A stretch of DNA of 64,000 nt from Lytechinus pictus. Taxonomy: Eukaryota. The position numbers were made by a program, and so were the translations under genes. This document shows, piece after piece, positions 40,401 through 51,900 of the stretch (position 1 is the stretch's first letter; every line of letters begins with the position of its first letter). Where the stretch lies: the NCBI RefSeq assembly GCF_037042905.1, contig NC_087245.1, forward strand, positions 7,504,001 through 7,568,000. The letters run 5' to 3'. Under the pieces are notes generated by a model. That model did not search any database. It had not been told where the DNA came from and saw nothing but the letters and a program-made list of their open reading frames with translations.

Positions 40401-42009
40401 TGTTGCAGAAACTGGAAGATTGTCTTGGTGCCATTCGTTCCTGGATGACTGTGAACTATCTACTCCTTAATGACAACAAGATGGAAGTTCTGCATATCTC
40501 TTCCCATCGTAGACATACCCCTGAGCTACCTCCAATTCAAATTGCAAATGTTCATATACATCCCTCTAAAACGGTTACTAACTTAGGTGTTTTGTTTGAT
40601 AAAAACTTTTCAATGCGTCCCCATGTCAACAGCATCTGTCGTAAAGCATCCTTCGCCCTAAGAAAAATTGGTAAAATTCGAAAATATCTCTCAAAGTCAT
40701 CCACTGAAGTCCTCATTCATGCATTTATTAGCTCACTTCTTGACAGTTGCAATAGCCTGCTCCTTGGAATTCCAGAAAAGGATATTTCTAAGCTGCAGAG
40801 AATTCAAAACTCTGCAGCCCATCTAGTTTCCCTCACAAAAAAAACATGACCATGTAACCCCTACTCTTAAACAATTGCACTGGCTCCCCATTAAATTCCG
40901 TATACAATTCAAAATTCTACTCCTAACATTCAAATCTCTTCATGGACATGCTCCAAAATATCTCTCCGAATTAATCCAGGCATATACTCCCAGTAGATCC
41001 CTTCGCTCTGCAAATCAAAATTTCTTAACAGTCAAAAAAGCAAAAACTAAACTTTTTGGTGATAGGTCCTTTTCAAGCTCTGCCCCACGTCTTTGGAACA
41101 CTCTTCCAGCTTCCCTCCGTTGTATCCCAAATATCACTTCATTTCATTCTAATTTAAAGACATACCTCATGAAGAAAGCATTTTCAACATAGCTCCATTT
41201 ACAGTGTCCTTTTTCCTCTCTTAGTTATATGATTTCTAATTTCACTTTTGTTAATATATTTTGTATGTTCTACATTGTAAAGCGCTTTGATATGATTTCA
41301 TGAAAAGCGCTATATAAGTTTAAGTTATTATTATTATTATTATTTGAACTCACAACCTTGCGATTATGAGTCCAATACTCTAACCACTGGACCACACAAT
41401 CCGCAAATCAATGTGATTTTTTAACGACCAAGAAAAAAGGGAAAGAGAAAAGGCTGAAATACGATATTATTTTCTGAATATTATGTCAAAATATATCATA
41501 AAACTGGATTTTGTAATAAAAAAGTGGAAATTCTTGCTCGCTCGAACTTTTTCCAAACGCATGTTGCTATACGAAACTTTGTCGTTAGATAACCTGAAGA
41601 TATATAAGGAATTTCAAGTTTTACTCCTTTACTCCTTGAACTGAACATGGAATATGGAGGGATTAACCTACGTGCTATTGGTTCGAACTTTTGACACATT
41701 CGTTATTCTGCGCACCGCCAACCTCGTTATGCTCCAAGACCGTAGGTGTCACTTTTTGACGTGCCTCGTCAACTACAAAACCGCTCATGTACCCACCCGT
41801 GATAATGATACGTACAATGCTAATTCATTATCATAATCTCAATGTCATTTATTAGTTCATTGTTCTTTCCTGTCTTTATTTTTCAGAGCTACTTCTATGT
41901 GGGGAATCTGGTCTTCTCTTATGCGATAGCCTTGGTCATGTCTTTGGTGTTGGAAAGTCCACCAATGGGACTAGAAAAAGTCATGTTCGGAAAATTCAAC
42001 ACGAAATAA
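25403..42009 (+). CDS. nrf-6: Nose resistant to fluoxetine protein 6-like O-acyltransferase, paralog B, 800 aa
   Basis: 16 GT-AG exons with the same phases as paralog A: 25403-25529, 26574-26692, 27713-27881, 29087-29250, 29867-29936, 30622-30706, 30951-31288, 31477-31644, 32986-33079, 33816-34095, 35975-36054, 36243-36356, 37068-37212, 37609-37792, 38298-38440, 41887-42009 (2403 nt). Signal peptide and the same AT3 motifs are intact. The symbol denotes the family. Confidence 0.93.
29598..29660. repeat. (GGTT)n microsatellite
   Basis: Near-perfect tetranucleotide run. Confidence 0.95.
31955..32538. mobile_element. Kolobok-like MITE (TTAA TSD, AG...CT termini)
   Basis: TTAA|AGGAGAATGAAAC...GTTTCATTCTCCT|TTAA, with long internal inverted arms at about 32062-32137 and 32355-32431. 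Confidence 0.8.
34250..34680 (-). mobile_element. Heavily decayed non-LTR retrotransposon RT fragment
   Basis: Minus strand gives patches [15 protein letters not shown] and SVTSTKYL, resembling the post-YADD region of LINE RTs, with many frameshifts. Confidence 0.45.
34721..35809 (+). mobile_element. 5'-truncated L2/CR1-clade LINE in intron 10 of paralog B
   Basis: VIGPLTF...MYADDTQIY...LHWLPV. Premature TGA at 35518 (probably CGA->TGA); natural stop at 35632-35634; 3' end AAGCGCT...GCGCTATATAAG followed by an (ATT)n tail. Confidence 0.92.
36465..36810 (+). mobile_element. Old L2-clade LINE 3' fragment in intron 12 of paralog B
   Basis: [34 protein letters not shown], homologous to the C-termini of the other two L2 copies. 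Confidence 0.75.
38734..41341 (+). mobile_element. Young 5'-truncated L2/CR1-clade LINE (partial APE endonuclease plus RT) in intron 15 of paralog B
   Basis: [50 protein letters not shown]. One +1 frameshift in the A8 run at 40837-40844; stop at 41190-41192; (TTA)n tail; ATTT at both junctions. Confidence 0.95.
41342..41402 (-). mobile_element. Head of a tRNA-derived SINE split by the L2 insertion (remainder lies left of 38733)
   Basis: Joining ...GAGAGGGGATTT (to 38733) with GAACTCACAACC...CTCTAACCACTGGACCACAC restores a minus-strand A box (TGGTCCAGTGG) and B box (GTTCAAATCC). Confidence 0.7.
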
Positions 42010-42645
42010 AGATCTCACAGATAAAGTTATTCATCATGGCATAAATAAGCTTCTTTGAAATGTAAGCCCTCTCCACCAAAAGTATCGTTTTGGATGAATG
42101 GAGGAAAACTAGAGGAACATTACGCTAAAATTTAAAATGTTAAAACAGTAAAACGCCTAAAACGTACTCTATTCATTGATATCAAGTTTTTGTTGACTTG
42201 ACCTTTTAACGATCCTCAGCTTAAGATAGATATAATTATCACGACGACGACGATATATGATACTTGATTAAACTTGAAATATTTATGCATAATTTCCCCA
42301 TTTGTTGTTTGTTCCTTTCTCTCTTTGTTGTCTAATATTCTTCTACATTTTCCAATTCTCTCTTGTGAAAGTATTAGTACCTTTACCTCAATATACACGC
42401 AAATGTTAATTTTGAATTAATTGATTATATAAAACGTTAACGAATATAATGATAAGAATTTTATTAGTTCCATATTTTTCCGGATTATTGATGCATGTGG
42501 AATATCTGTTTTGGTTGCTTCTCATATTTTTTACTGAATAAACCTTTTTAAGATCAAATTTGTCTGGCGTAATTGGTAAATATCGTTGTGTCCTGGCTAA
42601 AGAGGAGTATATTTGATAACTATAAGCAGATATCATGTGACCCCC

Positions 42646-42829
42646 CATAGGCGGCGGAAGCGGGGGGGCCTGTCCCCCCCTAAATTTGAGGTGGGGGGAC
42701 GGTCCCCCCCCCCTAAATTTTTTGTTGAGAACCTTTTTTTTTTTTTTTTTGCTTGTCAAATTTTTTACCTGTGTCCATCCCAAAATTTCACGTGGACCCC
42801 CCTAAATTTTTTTCCTTCCGCCGCCAATG
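42646..42829. mobile_element. G/C-run MITE
   Basis: TIRs CATAGGCGGCGGAAG and CTTCCGCCGCCAATG; internal CCCCCCTAAATTT repeats. Confidence 0.7.
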
Positions 42830-44459
42830 GCCCCCCCCAAAAAAAAAAACCCATCTGAAGAAATGAATTATTAAGGTGATGCATAGATGACAGAAATGCC
42901 ATAGAATGACAATAGACGGCGTCGCGGTCATGACATGAAAGAAAAAAAACTATATCCCTGAGCATGACACTAATTGGGCCTTCTTTAACTCTTAGGGTTT
43001 TTTTCAATTCATATAAATATTCATTTTCTTCCATTTTACAAAATTTTTCATTTTCATAAAAATAAATTCATATAAATCAGTTTGCCATGAATAATATAAA
43101 CACATACATGTTTATAGAAGAAGGCGAAATCCCGGGAAGCTAAAACTTGTTTCGGGATACGCCTGCGTTGAGCCATCTTAAATGCCTTGGTGATTTAGCC
43201 AATAGCAACTTCGCGTTACAAGATGGAAACATTCCCGAAAAGGGTAGGTAAATACTGTAAAATTCAATCGAGCACGATGTGCTTCCACTTTGAAGGAAAT
43301 TACCTAAATTCCGGGAAATCTGGGTCATTTTCAGGTAAGTTTTGGGAAATCAAAAAATTCCAGGAAATTCTAGGAAATCAGAAAATTCATTAAACAGAGC
43401 AACTTTCAATATTCATGTTATATCAAAAGAATTGCTTACCTCATACGTAGCTCTAGATTTTCTGCTCGCGCTCCGCGCTCGCATTTTATAATTTTGTTGC
43501 TATTTTTTAAAAGTGCATTCAACAAAATAGGTTAAATTTCTTTATTTTGGTCTTTTGGAACAAGTTTGTGCTCGCTTGGTTATTGTCCGATTTTTATCAA
43601 AAAATAATATTTGAAAATTTAAGGAAATGTCTATAAATTAAAGGAAATTTGAGATTCAGTTGAGGGAAATTTGTTTTGGATCTGTGGAAACACTGATCGA
43701 GCATTCACATACGGGTAATGTTTAAAGCTCAAACTGTCACGTGGAGTAGGTTTAAAAAATATTTAATGTTACTTGACACCAAATAAAGAATATATAAACG
43801 TGTTGTATACAGTTGAGTTCAGGTTTGGTGGTCAAACCTCTTAATTTTCTTCTCTTGATTTGTTTTTGTTTTACAAAGGTTGTGCATAAACATTCATATA
43901 ATATAGGATGCTCCCTCCACTCGACCATTGGCAAGTCAGTTCTTTGGCCTTCGCAGATTAAGTTACCCCCCCCCCCCCAAAAAAAAAAAGCAGCCCTCAG
44001 ATAAGAGGTATGGCTCCAGATATTGCCTGACAAGATCGAGCCCCAATTGTGACATGATTTGTGATGAATCATGCTGATGGAGAATCGGTGGCAGTTGTGG
44101 TCTTTACCTCGTCATCGACGTGGATTCCTCAGCTTTAACCGAAACAGACATCCATGGTCTATTCTAGCTTTGGGTGGTTCTCCTCGAATACCTCAAATCA
44201 ACATCCTAATATACTCTCCTGTTACTAAGAGTAACAATTATTTATTTTCCAATAAGAATTAAAACCAAAATTTTTAAAGCAAATTATTCTTCTTCTAAAC
44301 GAAACTTAATGGACATCTGCAGAACCAAATTAATTAAATACTTACATGTCTAATCAAATCTATTGCATTTATTCCCTGACTATATCCCCCACCCTAAGAT
44401 AAAATTAAGGGGACCTGATATCCACTTAAGAAATGTATAACCAACTCTCTTAAAGTATT

Positions 44460-44820
44460 TTCATAAAAAGAGAGTCATTGGAATAAGGACAGGGCTAATT
44501 TTAATTAGGACATAGTTCTTTGAGTAAAGAGATGGTATTTTTTAACAAGGAGAGAACTATTTTGAATAAGGAGAGCATTTTGAATAAAGAAGGGGTTGTT
44601 TGAATAAAAAGAGAGCAGTTTTTAATAAGGAGAGAGCTATTTTGAATAAGGATAGGGCCACTTCGAATAAGGAGAAAGACATTTCAAGTAGGGCGAGACA
44701 GTTTTAACAAGGAGAGACTAAGGATAAGGGAATTGGTAGATAACTTCACACCGAATAATGAAAAAGGGAATAAGGTGCTAACTTTGCATCGAATAAGGAA
44801 AAGGAATAAGTAGCTAACTT
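44460..44820. repeat. Degenerate ~21-bp minisatellite (GAATAAGGAGAGAGCTATTTT-like)
   Basis: Recurrent AATAAGGA/AACAAGGA cores at roughly 20-22 bp spacing. Confidence 0.65.
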
Positions 44821-45932
44821 CACGGACCTGCTTTACTCTGAATGATGAATAGCTTTCATTATAACAACAAAGTCAATTGAATTAAAACCGATAAAGGTAC
44901 TCGGGTGAAAAAAACGTCTTATTTTGTTTTAAGTTTAATGAATTTCAAATCAAATGTCGATAATTCTTAAATGTTTCTTGAATAAAGAAATGAATGTTTG
45001 GGGAAACAGAAACCACGAGAGCAGCTACAAGTGAAATAAAAGGGGGAACAATGGGGGGGGGACCAGGGAAGTATGATAACCATGATAAAGGTCTTGGTCC
45101 TGTGACTTTACAATAACCCTGAATACCCTGGAGCAGTCCCTGAGCCTAATGATAATCATGATAATAGGCCTACTTTTTTTATATGCCCCATAAAATAATC
45201 TATTTTCAAACTTATATACCTCGTATTGTTTTGTTTAGTGGGGGTTTCTAAGGTGATACATATACTATGACTTAACAAACAGATACTGCCAATCATCATG
45301 GTATCGGCTCTTTCTCATTTCATTTGGAACTTTCATTACATTTATAACATACCTAATGTTTTTTTTCTAGGTACAAATTATGGTCCTAATACTCAAGTTT
45401 ACAACAACAAAAACATAATAATAATAACTTTCACAACAGCACCACATAATGTCATGAAAATATTGCAACAATGTCGATAAAAATGCTAAATTCAAGTAAT
45501 CATTTTAAGCTTAAAAAATTTTCTTTATATTAATTATTTCATTTTATTAACAATGCTATATAAAAAACACAAGTATATACTAATATGACTTCAGACACAA
45601 TGCCATGGCTCTTAGAGTAATGGTACATTGCTTTCGAGAATATCTTTTTAATAGTGAAGTCATACAAAAATGGAGAAGCTGTCACAGTTATCGTTAATAA
45701 ATTCATGTACTACTACTTGCTTATAAAACGCTGATCACTTCCTTTATTTAAAAAAAGGTCAAAGCACCCATGATAATCAGCACAGCAGCTCCTTGTATGC
45801 GCTTCTTGGTTTCAATAATGATGATAATCAGATAATAATAATGATATTATATTATATGTATATTTTTTTTCAATGGATATAATGCTCAATCCCTAGCAGT
45901 GATGCTTGACAGATTCAATGAAGTACATATAT

Positions 45933-48900
45933 TCATTCTACGGATTTGGTGTCGAGATGTTGTCTTCTCCGTTTATTAATCACCAAGACGACCGTTAGCA
46001 GAACAGATAGAACACTCATCCCTCCCATTACCATAAAGACGTGATCAAACGATCCAGTGATGTCATATAGGGAACCTGTAAAACATAAAATCAGATAACT
46101 CGCAATTTTTATAGAATAAAACTTACAGTTTATGTGACAATTTGAATCCTCAAAAAAAATTACGTGCCTTTATGAATGAAGAAAAAATAATCAACTCCAT
46201 TCAAATCAATCAAATTGATTTATATTATTGTGTTCCACATGCCTAATTCATCTGTTCATATAATCATGATAAATATTTTAATATTAAAGTTATAGCATAT
46301 GGTCAGAATTTTTTTAAAATTATAAATCTGTACCAATCTAAACTTTTATCTGTTTCAGATAAGCACAGATTTTCGATAGTTAGATGTTAATTTCACAGAA
46401 TTTCAGCATACAAAATATGATAAGAATATAATATATACATATAGATTAAATCATCAACCACAAAAGAGGTATATCAGTATTTCTAAATAGTATTTCAAAT
46501 AGTTCCCGTACATGCTTAAAGGCACATACCTGCCATGTATCCTGATGAGACGACTCCGATTCCAGTTACGAAAAACTTGGCAGACAGCAGGCTGTCGAAG
46601 TTTTCCGCAGATACGTAGGAGATCAAAACAGAATAGGTAGCTGGGAATCCCCCAAAGGTTCCTCCACCCACGAAGAACGAACATACTAAGAGATGGACAA
46701 AGGAAGAACTTACAGGATAGAGGAAAAGCGCTAAAGCCACCGACGACATGCTGATAATGAAGATTACATCTCCCCATAGGGGTTGATAATGCAAAAGAAT
46801 GGTTACTATTCCTTGAATGAAGAATCCTCCTACGGATCCTGCAATGGGTAAGTATGATGTAAGTGCCTCAGGTACATCCTTAGCCAATGCAAATGAAACA
46901 ATGAAAAAGATCCAAGCAATAAAAACTACTTCCAAAATGTACTTGCATGGTAAAAATAGTATCGTAAATGCTTTCTCTTTCACCAGAATTCTCAGGAAGT
47001 TGGACACTACTCCGTATTTTGAATTACCGTTATTTATTTCCCTAATTTCCCGTTGAGGAAAATTCATGAGGGCATCAGTGTTCTCTTCTGATTGCGATTC
47101 ATACTTCACTTCATATTCTGAAGATACACGTCCTACCTCCATTGGCATTTCTTCCTCTAGATCTTTACCACGGAAGTGTTCCAAAGAAGATCTGTGACTG
47201 CTGTCTTTCGGGTTCCTTAGAGTAACTGCGATGGGTACACAGTTCAAATAAATTGCACCAAGACAAATTAAAGCGCCCTCAAGTCCATATCTTTCTAGAA
47301 GTCCATACGTTACTGGGGGAAAGACTACACCGCCAACAATTGCCCCAAATAGACAAACCGAATTAGCAAAGCTAAATTTGACTCCATAATATCGATGAAG
47401 TACCTCATGAGAAATCTGGTTTATTGGGGCACTGAACAAGCCTGTTCGTGAAAAATACAAAACCAAAGAGAAAAATTAGCATCATTAAAGGCAAACTTGA
47501 GTAGTCACACTGAGCAATAATTTCTAGAGACAGTCTTTAGAATCAAGTGAATTGTCGTTTTATAATTGATGTAAGTGCAAAAGCATTGTAGAGTATGCTG
47601 GGAATGGCAAATAGGTAGTTGAGGGAAAAGTGCTCTGGTCATGATAGGTAATACTTTTGAGAGAAGTAATATCTGAATATAGAGGCTCAAAGGGATCGCA
47701 ACGCGGCTACATCCAAGCCAGGTGTGGTACCCGCAAGCCGAAAGAAACAATCATTTTCAGTCAAAGCATTCCACATATCCTTTTTTGAACTGCATTAATA
47801 TCAAGTCTCCATCTCCAAAATAGTCTACTAGGAAAGACCTTGCAATTAACATTAATCAATTTTGAACTGATGTGAGGGGATCATGTATTGATCCATGCTT
47901 GCAAAATAACAAACTAAGAAAGTTTCCATGGGCAACGGACGAAGTTAATAAAAATGGCCGTTGTCTATGAACAAAGGGTATAGTTAAGGTCCAATTTCCT
48001 ACGTGCAAAAGGTAGCTTTGTACGATGATTGCGGCAACTATGATTTCAGCGTCATTTGGTCGATGATTATGGACAACCTGCTCATTACGCGCTTCTTGCG
48101 AACATGACATATCGATGGAACGACGTGCATCCTTTGATTCTGGTTGCTCGATCCCTAGTATTCCACTGTATATTGTTTCAAAATCATCAGATTATAGAAG
48201 AATCCCAAAGAAAGTACTAACTTTAGCTCCCCGGTGTTTGCTGTTCCGTAATAGATTTTACTTTTTTGTTGTTATACTAATATGGCGATGTTTAATTTAT
48301 ATCAATTGGGTTCATGTAAGACTTACATTTCATGAATTGAAATAATATAATTCAAGAGCTATGTAATTCAGAACATAAAATTTGCAAACTCAAAAGAGGT
48401 ATGACAATTAGGCATGGAAACAAACCAGTAAGAAACATGGCGACGCCGAACCAGACGGTTGATTGAGCGTATGCTGACGCGATGATCGAGGCACTTGATG
48501 AAATACTTCCCATAATGCATAGCAAGCGATTATTTATTCTCTTGGACAGGAAACAGACCAAGGGACCTATGGCAGAGAGAGAATTAGAAGTTTTACAATA
48601 ATGAATAGTACATTGATGAGTTGAGATAATGATGTAACTGCAATAATATTTCCAATAACGGTATGATAATGATGTGATAGAGTCATTAGAACAATAATAA
48701 TATATACACAATTAAATCTACTTAACAACATTATCATTATTTATAATAAAACACAATAATAACCCTACTACAAATAATGAATATGAGGATTAAAAAGAAG
48801 GAAATGTAAAAAACATAAAGCTTATATTTTGTTAGTTAACTAGACAATTGGGATTATTCGTTTGATTTTCTTTTCTTAACAGCAGTGGCGTAGCTACGGT

Positions 48901-51900
48901 GAGGCTGGGGTTCGAGTCCCCCGCAAATTTTCGGTGCACCCACTAAAAAAATGAAGGACGCCAAGAAAAAGAAATGCAGGGACCTATCGCGAGGCCAAAA
49001 AAGGTGAAGCGATATACAAAAAAGGCAAAAAGGGAGGAAGAGAAAGAAAAGGGAAGAAGAATAAAAAAGGGGGAAGATAGAAAAAGAAGTCGAAATGTAA
49101 GAGAAGGAAGAACAAATTAAAGGGCGGGGAATATATAAAAGCTTTCAAGTCAATTTATAATATTTTGCTAGCGCTTCGCGCTTGCATTGCCTGGTTAAAA
49201 TGAGATACATGTCCTGCCATGGCGGTACGCAGAATTTTCGTTCGGAGGAGGGTGGAAATAGGGTCCGTAAATATTTTTGAAAAATATTGAAAGCAAGTTA
49301 TATTGTAAATACAGTGGCCCCAATCGCAAAAATACAACGCCTTTACTAATAAATACTATCGAAGATGTTACCTCAGCTTCAGAGCTCAGTGCACATTGAT
49401 ATTGATGGCACTGTTTTGATGAGGATGATGATAAATACAAAGAAAAAAAGGAAATAAAAATAGAAGTATAAAAAAAGAATTGGTTAGTGGAAAAACTGTA
49501 ATACCTAAATTGTTCTAGAAAAATATCCTTTAAGTCATCGGTATTAGAAAAGATAAATCGGACCCTCAGAATGTAAAATTGACACTATAGGATTTTAGAA
49601 TCCATATGATGTGCGATTGAACACGGTGAAACGGCAACTTATCAGACAGTGAAAATGGCGTTGTAGTATAGAGAAAGTAATGAACATTAATCGAAAAGTT
49701 AAATTCAGTGTTCAGAGATTTAAAATGGGCAGTTGTCAAAAAGGGCAGTTGCTCGGCGCACTGTATCTTCGCCTCTTCTGTCTCCTCCACTGCTACATTT
49801 TCATATGTTTTTGTAATAAGTGTATATTATCATTATAAAGTCACTTTGCTTAATTGAAGATGAGTAGTTGTAAGCGAACTGTCATGTATGTATATAGCTT
49901 ATTTTATGATTATTATATCATAAAGTACATTTATTGTATACATTTTGTGTGATTAGCGGCACAGAAGTAGATAAGATATCGCCAGGTACATACCAATTGT
50001 TTGGTCAGCGCGGCACATAAAAACAGCACTTCCCGAAAGGCGACATTAAATCATGTCATTAGAAATGAAATGGTTCATTGACCACAATGCTGCAGTCACA
50101 TTTCCCCCTAAGGCGCCCATACGGCTAGTCGAAAACAGCCGTTTTATTCAATATATTCAAACCACCTACATGTGGCTGGCACAGTTTTCGAGTCGCCTTA
50201 CGGTTGCCGTAGGCATTGTAGGGGAAATGTGACTGCGCCATAAGAAAAAAGGGGCACATAAACGGCGAACTTGTTCATGTTATTAGGATGAGACACTTGT
50301 AGATAGAGAAGTGACAGGTATGATAATAAAACCGGCATTGGAGAAGAGTACATTACAACGAGCATAATGGGAGACTTTAACTATGACCTGTTAGCGAGTG
50401 ATACTAATATTTTTGCAAATGACTTTTTAGAGACATTCCTTTCTGCCTCCTTTTTGCCACTTATTTCTAGACCCACTAAAATCTCTAATACTTCCGCAAC
50501 TCTGATTGACAATTTTTTTCTCCAATATACGTTCAGAATTTAAAGCTGGTATAATTATCTCAGACATGTCTGATCATTTCCCAATTTTCATGTATTGTTC
50601 TAATCAATATCAGCCAAACAAACTTGCCGATTATGTTTCTAAGAGGCGTGTGTATAGTGATATAAATATATCTCGTTTGAAACAGAGTTTAGAAGAAGAA
50701 TCTCGGGATGATGTATTTAGTACAGAATGTGTTGACGAGTCCTACGAAACATTTATTGATACCTTCATGAGTCATGTTAATGAAAATATTCCTTTTGCAA
50801 AACCCAAGTCCAAAAATTATAAAAGATCACCCAGACTACCTTGGATAACGAATTCAATTCTTCGTTCGATAAATAGAAAAAAAATTATACTATAAATATA
50901 TATCAAGATTAACTGAGAATACTCAGAGCCAATATACTAATTATAAGAATATACTAACAGGGGTCATCCGTACTGCTAAAAAGGCATATTACCACGATCA
51001 ATTTAATCAATGCAAGAATGATCTTTAAAAAACATGGAAATTGATCAATTCTACCATCAATAATGGACCAAAGTTTTCAAAGATAACTAAGCTTATGCAT
51101 AATGATTCTATTATTGAAGATAAAGTTCAGATGGCAAATATTTTCAACAATTACTTTTCACAAGTTGGATTTAAGCTCTCTAGAAGTATACCAACAAACT
51201 CCCATTCATTTCATCAATATCTGGGGGATAGAAATCAAAGTTCTATGTTTTTTCTCTCCTACGAACGCACAGGAGATATTTAAAATTATATCTAGCATAA
51301 AATCAAATAAAAGTGCAGGATTTGATAACATTGAGAACAACCTTTTACAGAAAACTATGAATTATATAATTGACCCTCTTATTTATATATTCAATTTGTC
51401 ATTATCATCTGGAATATTCCAAAATCAATGAAAATTTCTAAGATAATACCAGTCTTCAAAAAAGGTGATAGTTCTTTAGCAAGTAACTACAGACCGATTT
51501 CATTGCTTACAAACTTATCTAAAATTCTTGAAAAATTTGTTCACATACGAACCATATGTTTTTTTTTTTAAGCACAACATCCTATCCGATACTCAATTTG
51601 GTTTCCGGGAAAAGAGTAGCCCTTCCTACGCAATACTTTCTTTAATTCAAACAGTTGCCAAAGCTTATGACAAGTCTTCGAATACGATCGGTTTGTTTTT
51701 AGATTTTTCAAAAGCATTCGATACAATTGATCATAACATTCTCCTTTATAAACTTTGTCATTATGGAATTAGAGGGGAACCACTAAAGTGGTTCAAGAAT
51801 TATCTAACCGGGCGTTCACAGTTCGTTTCACTTGATTGTAATATTTCTGAACGTAAACCTGTCCTTTGTGGAGTTCCACAAGGCAGCATTCTTGGCCCAC

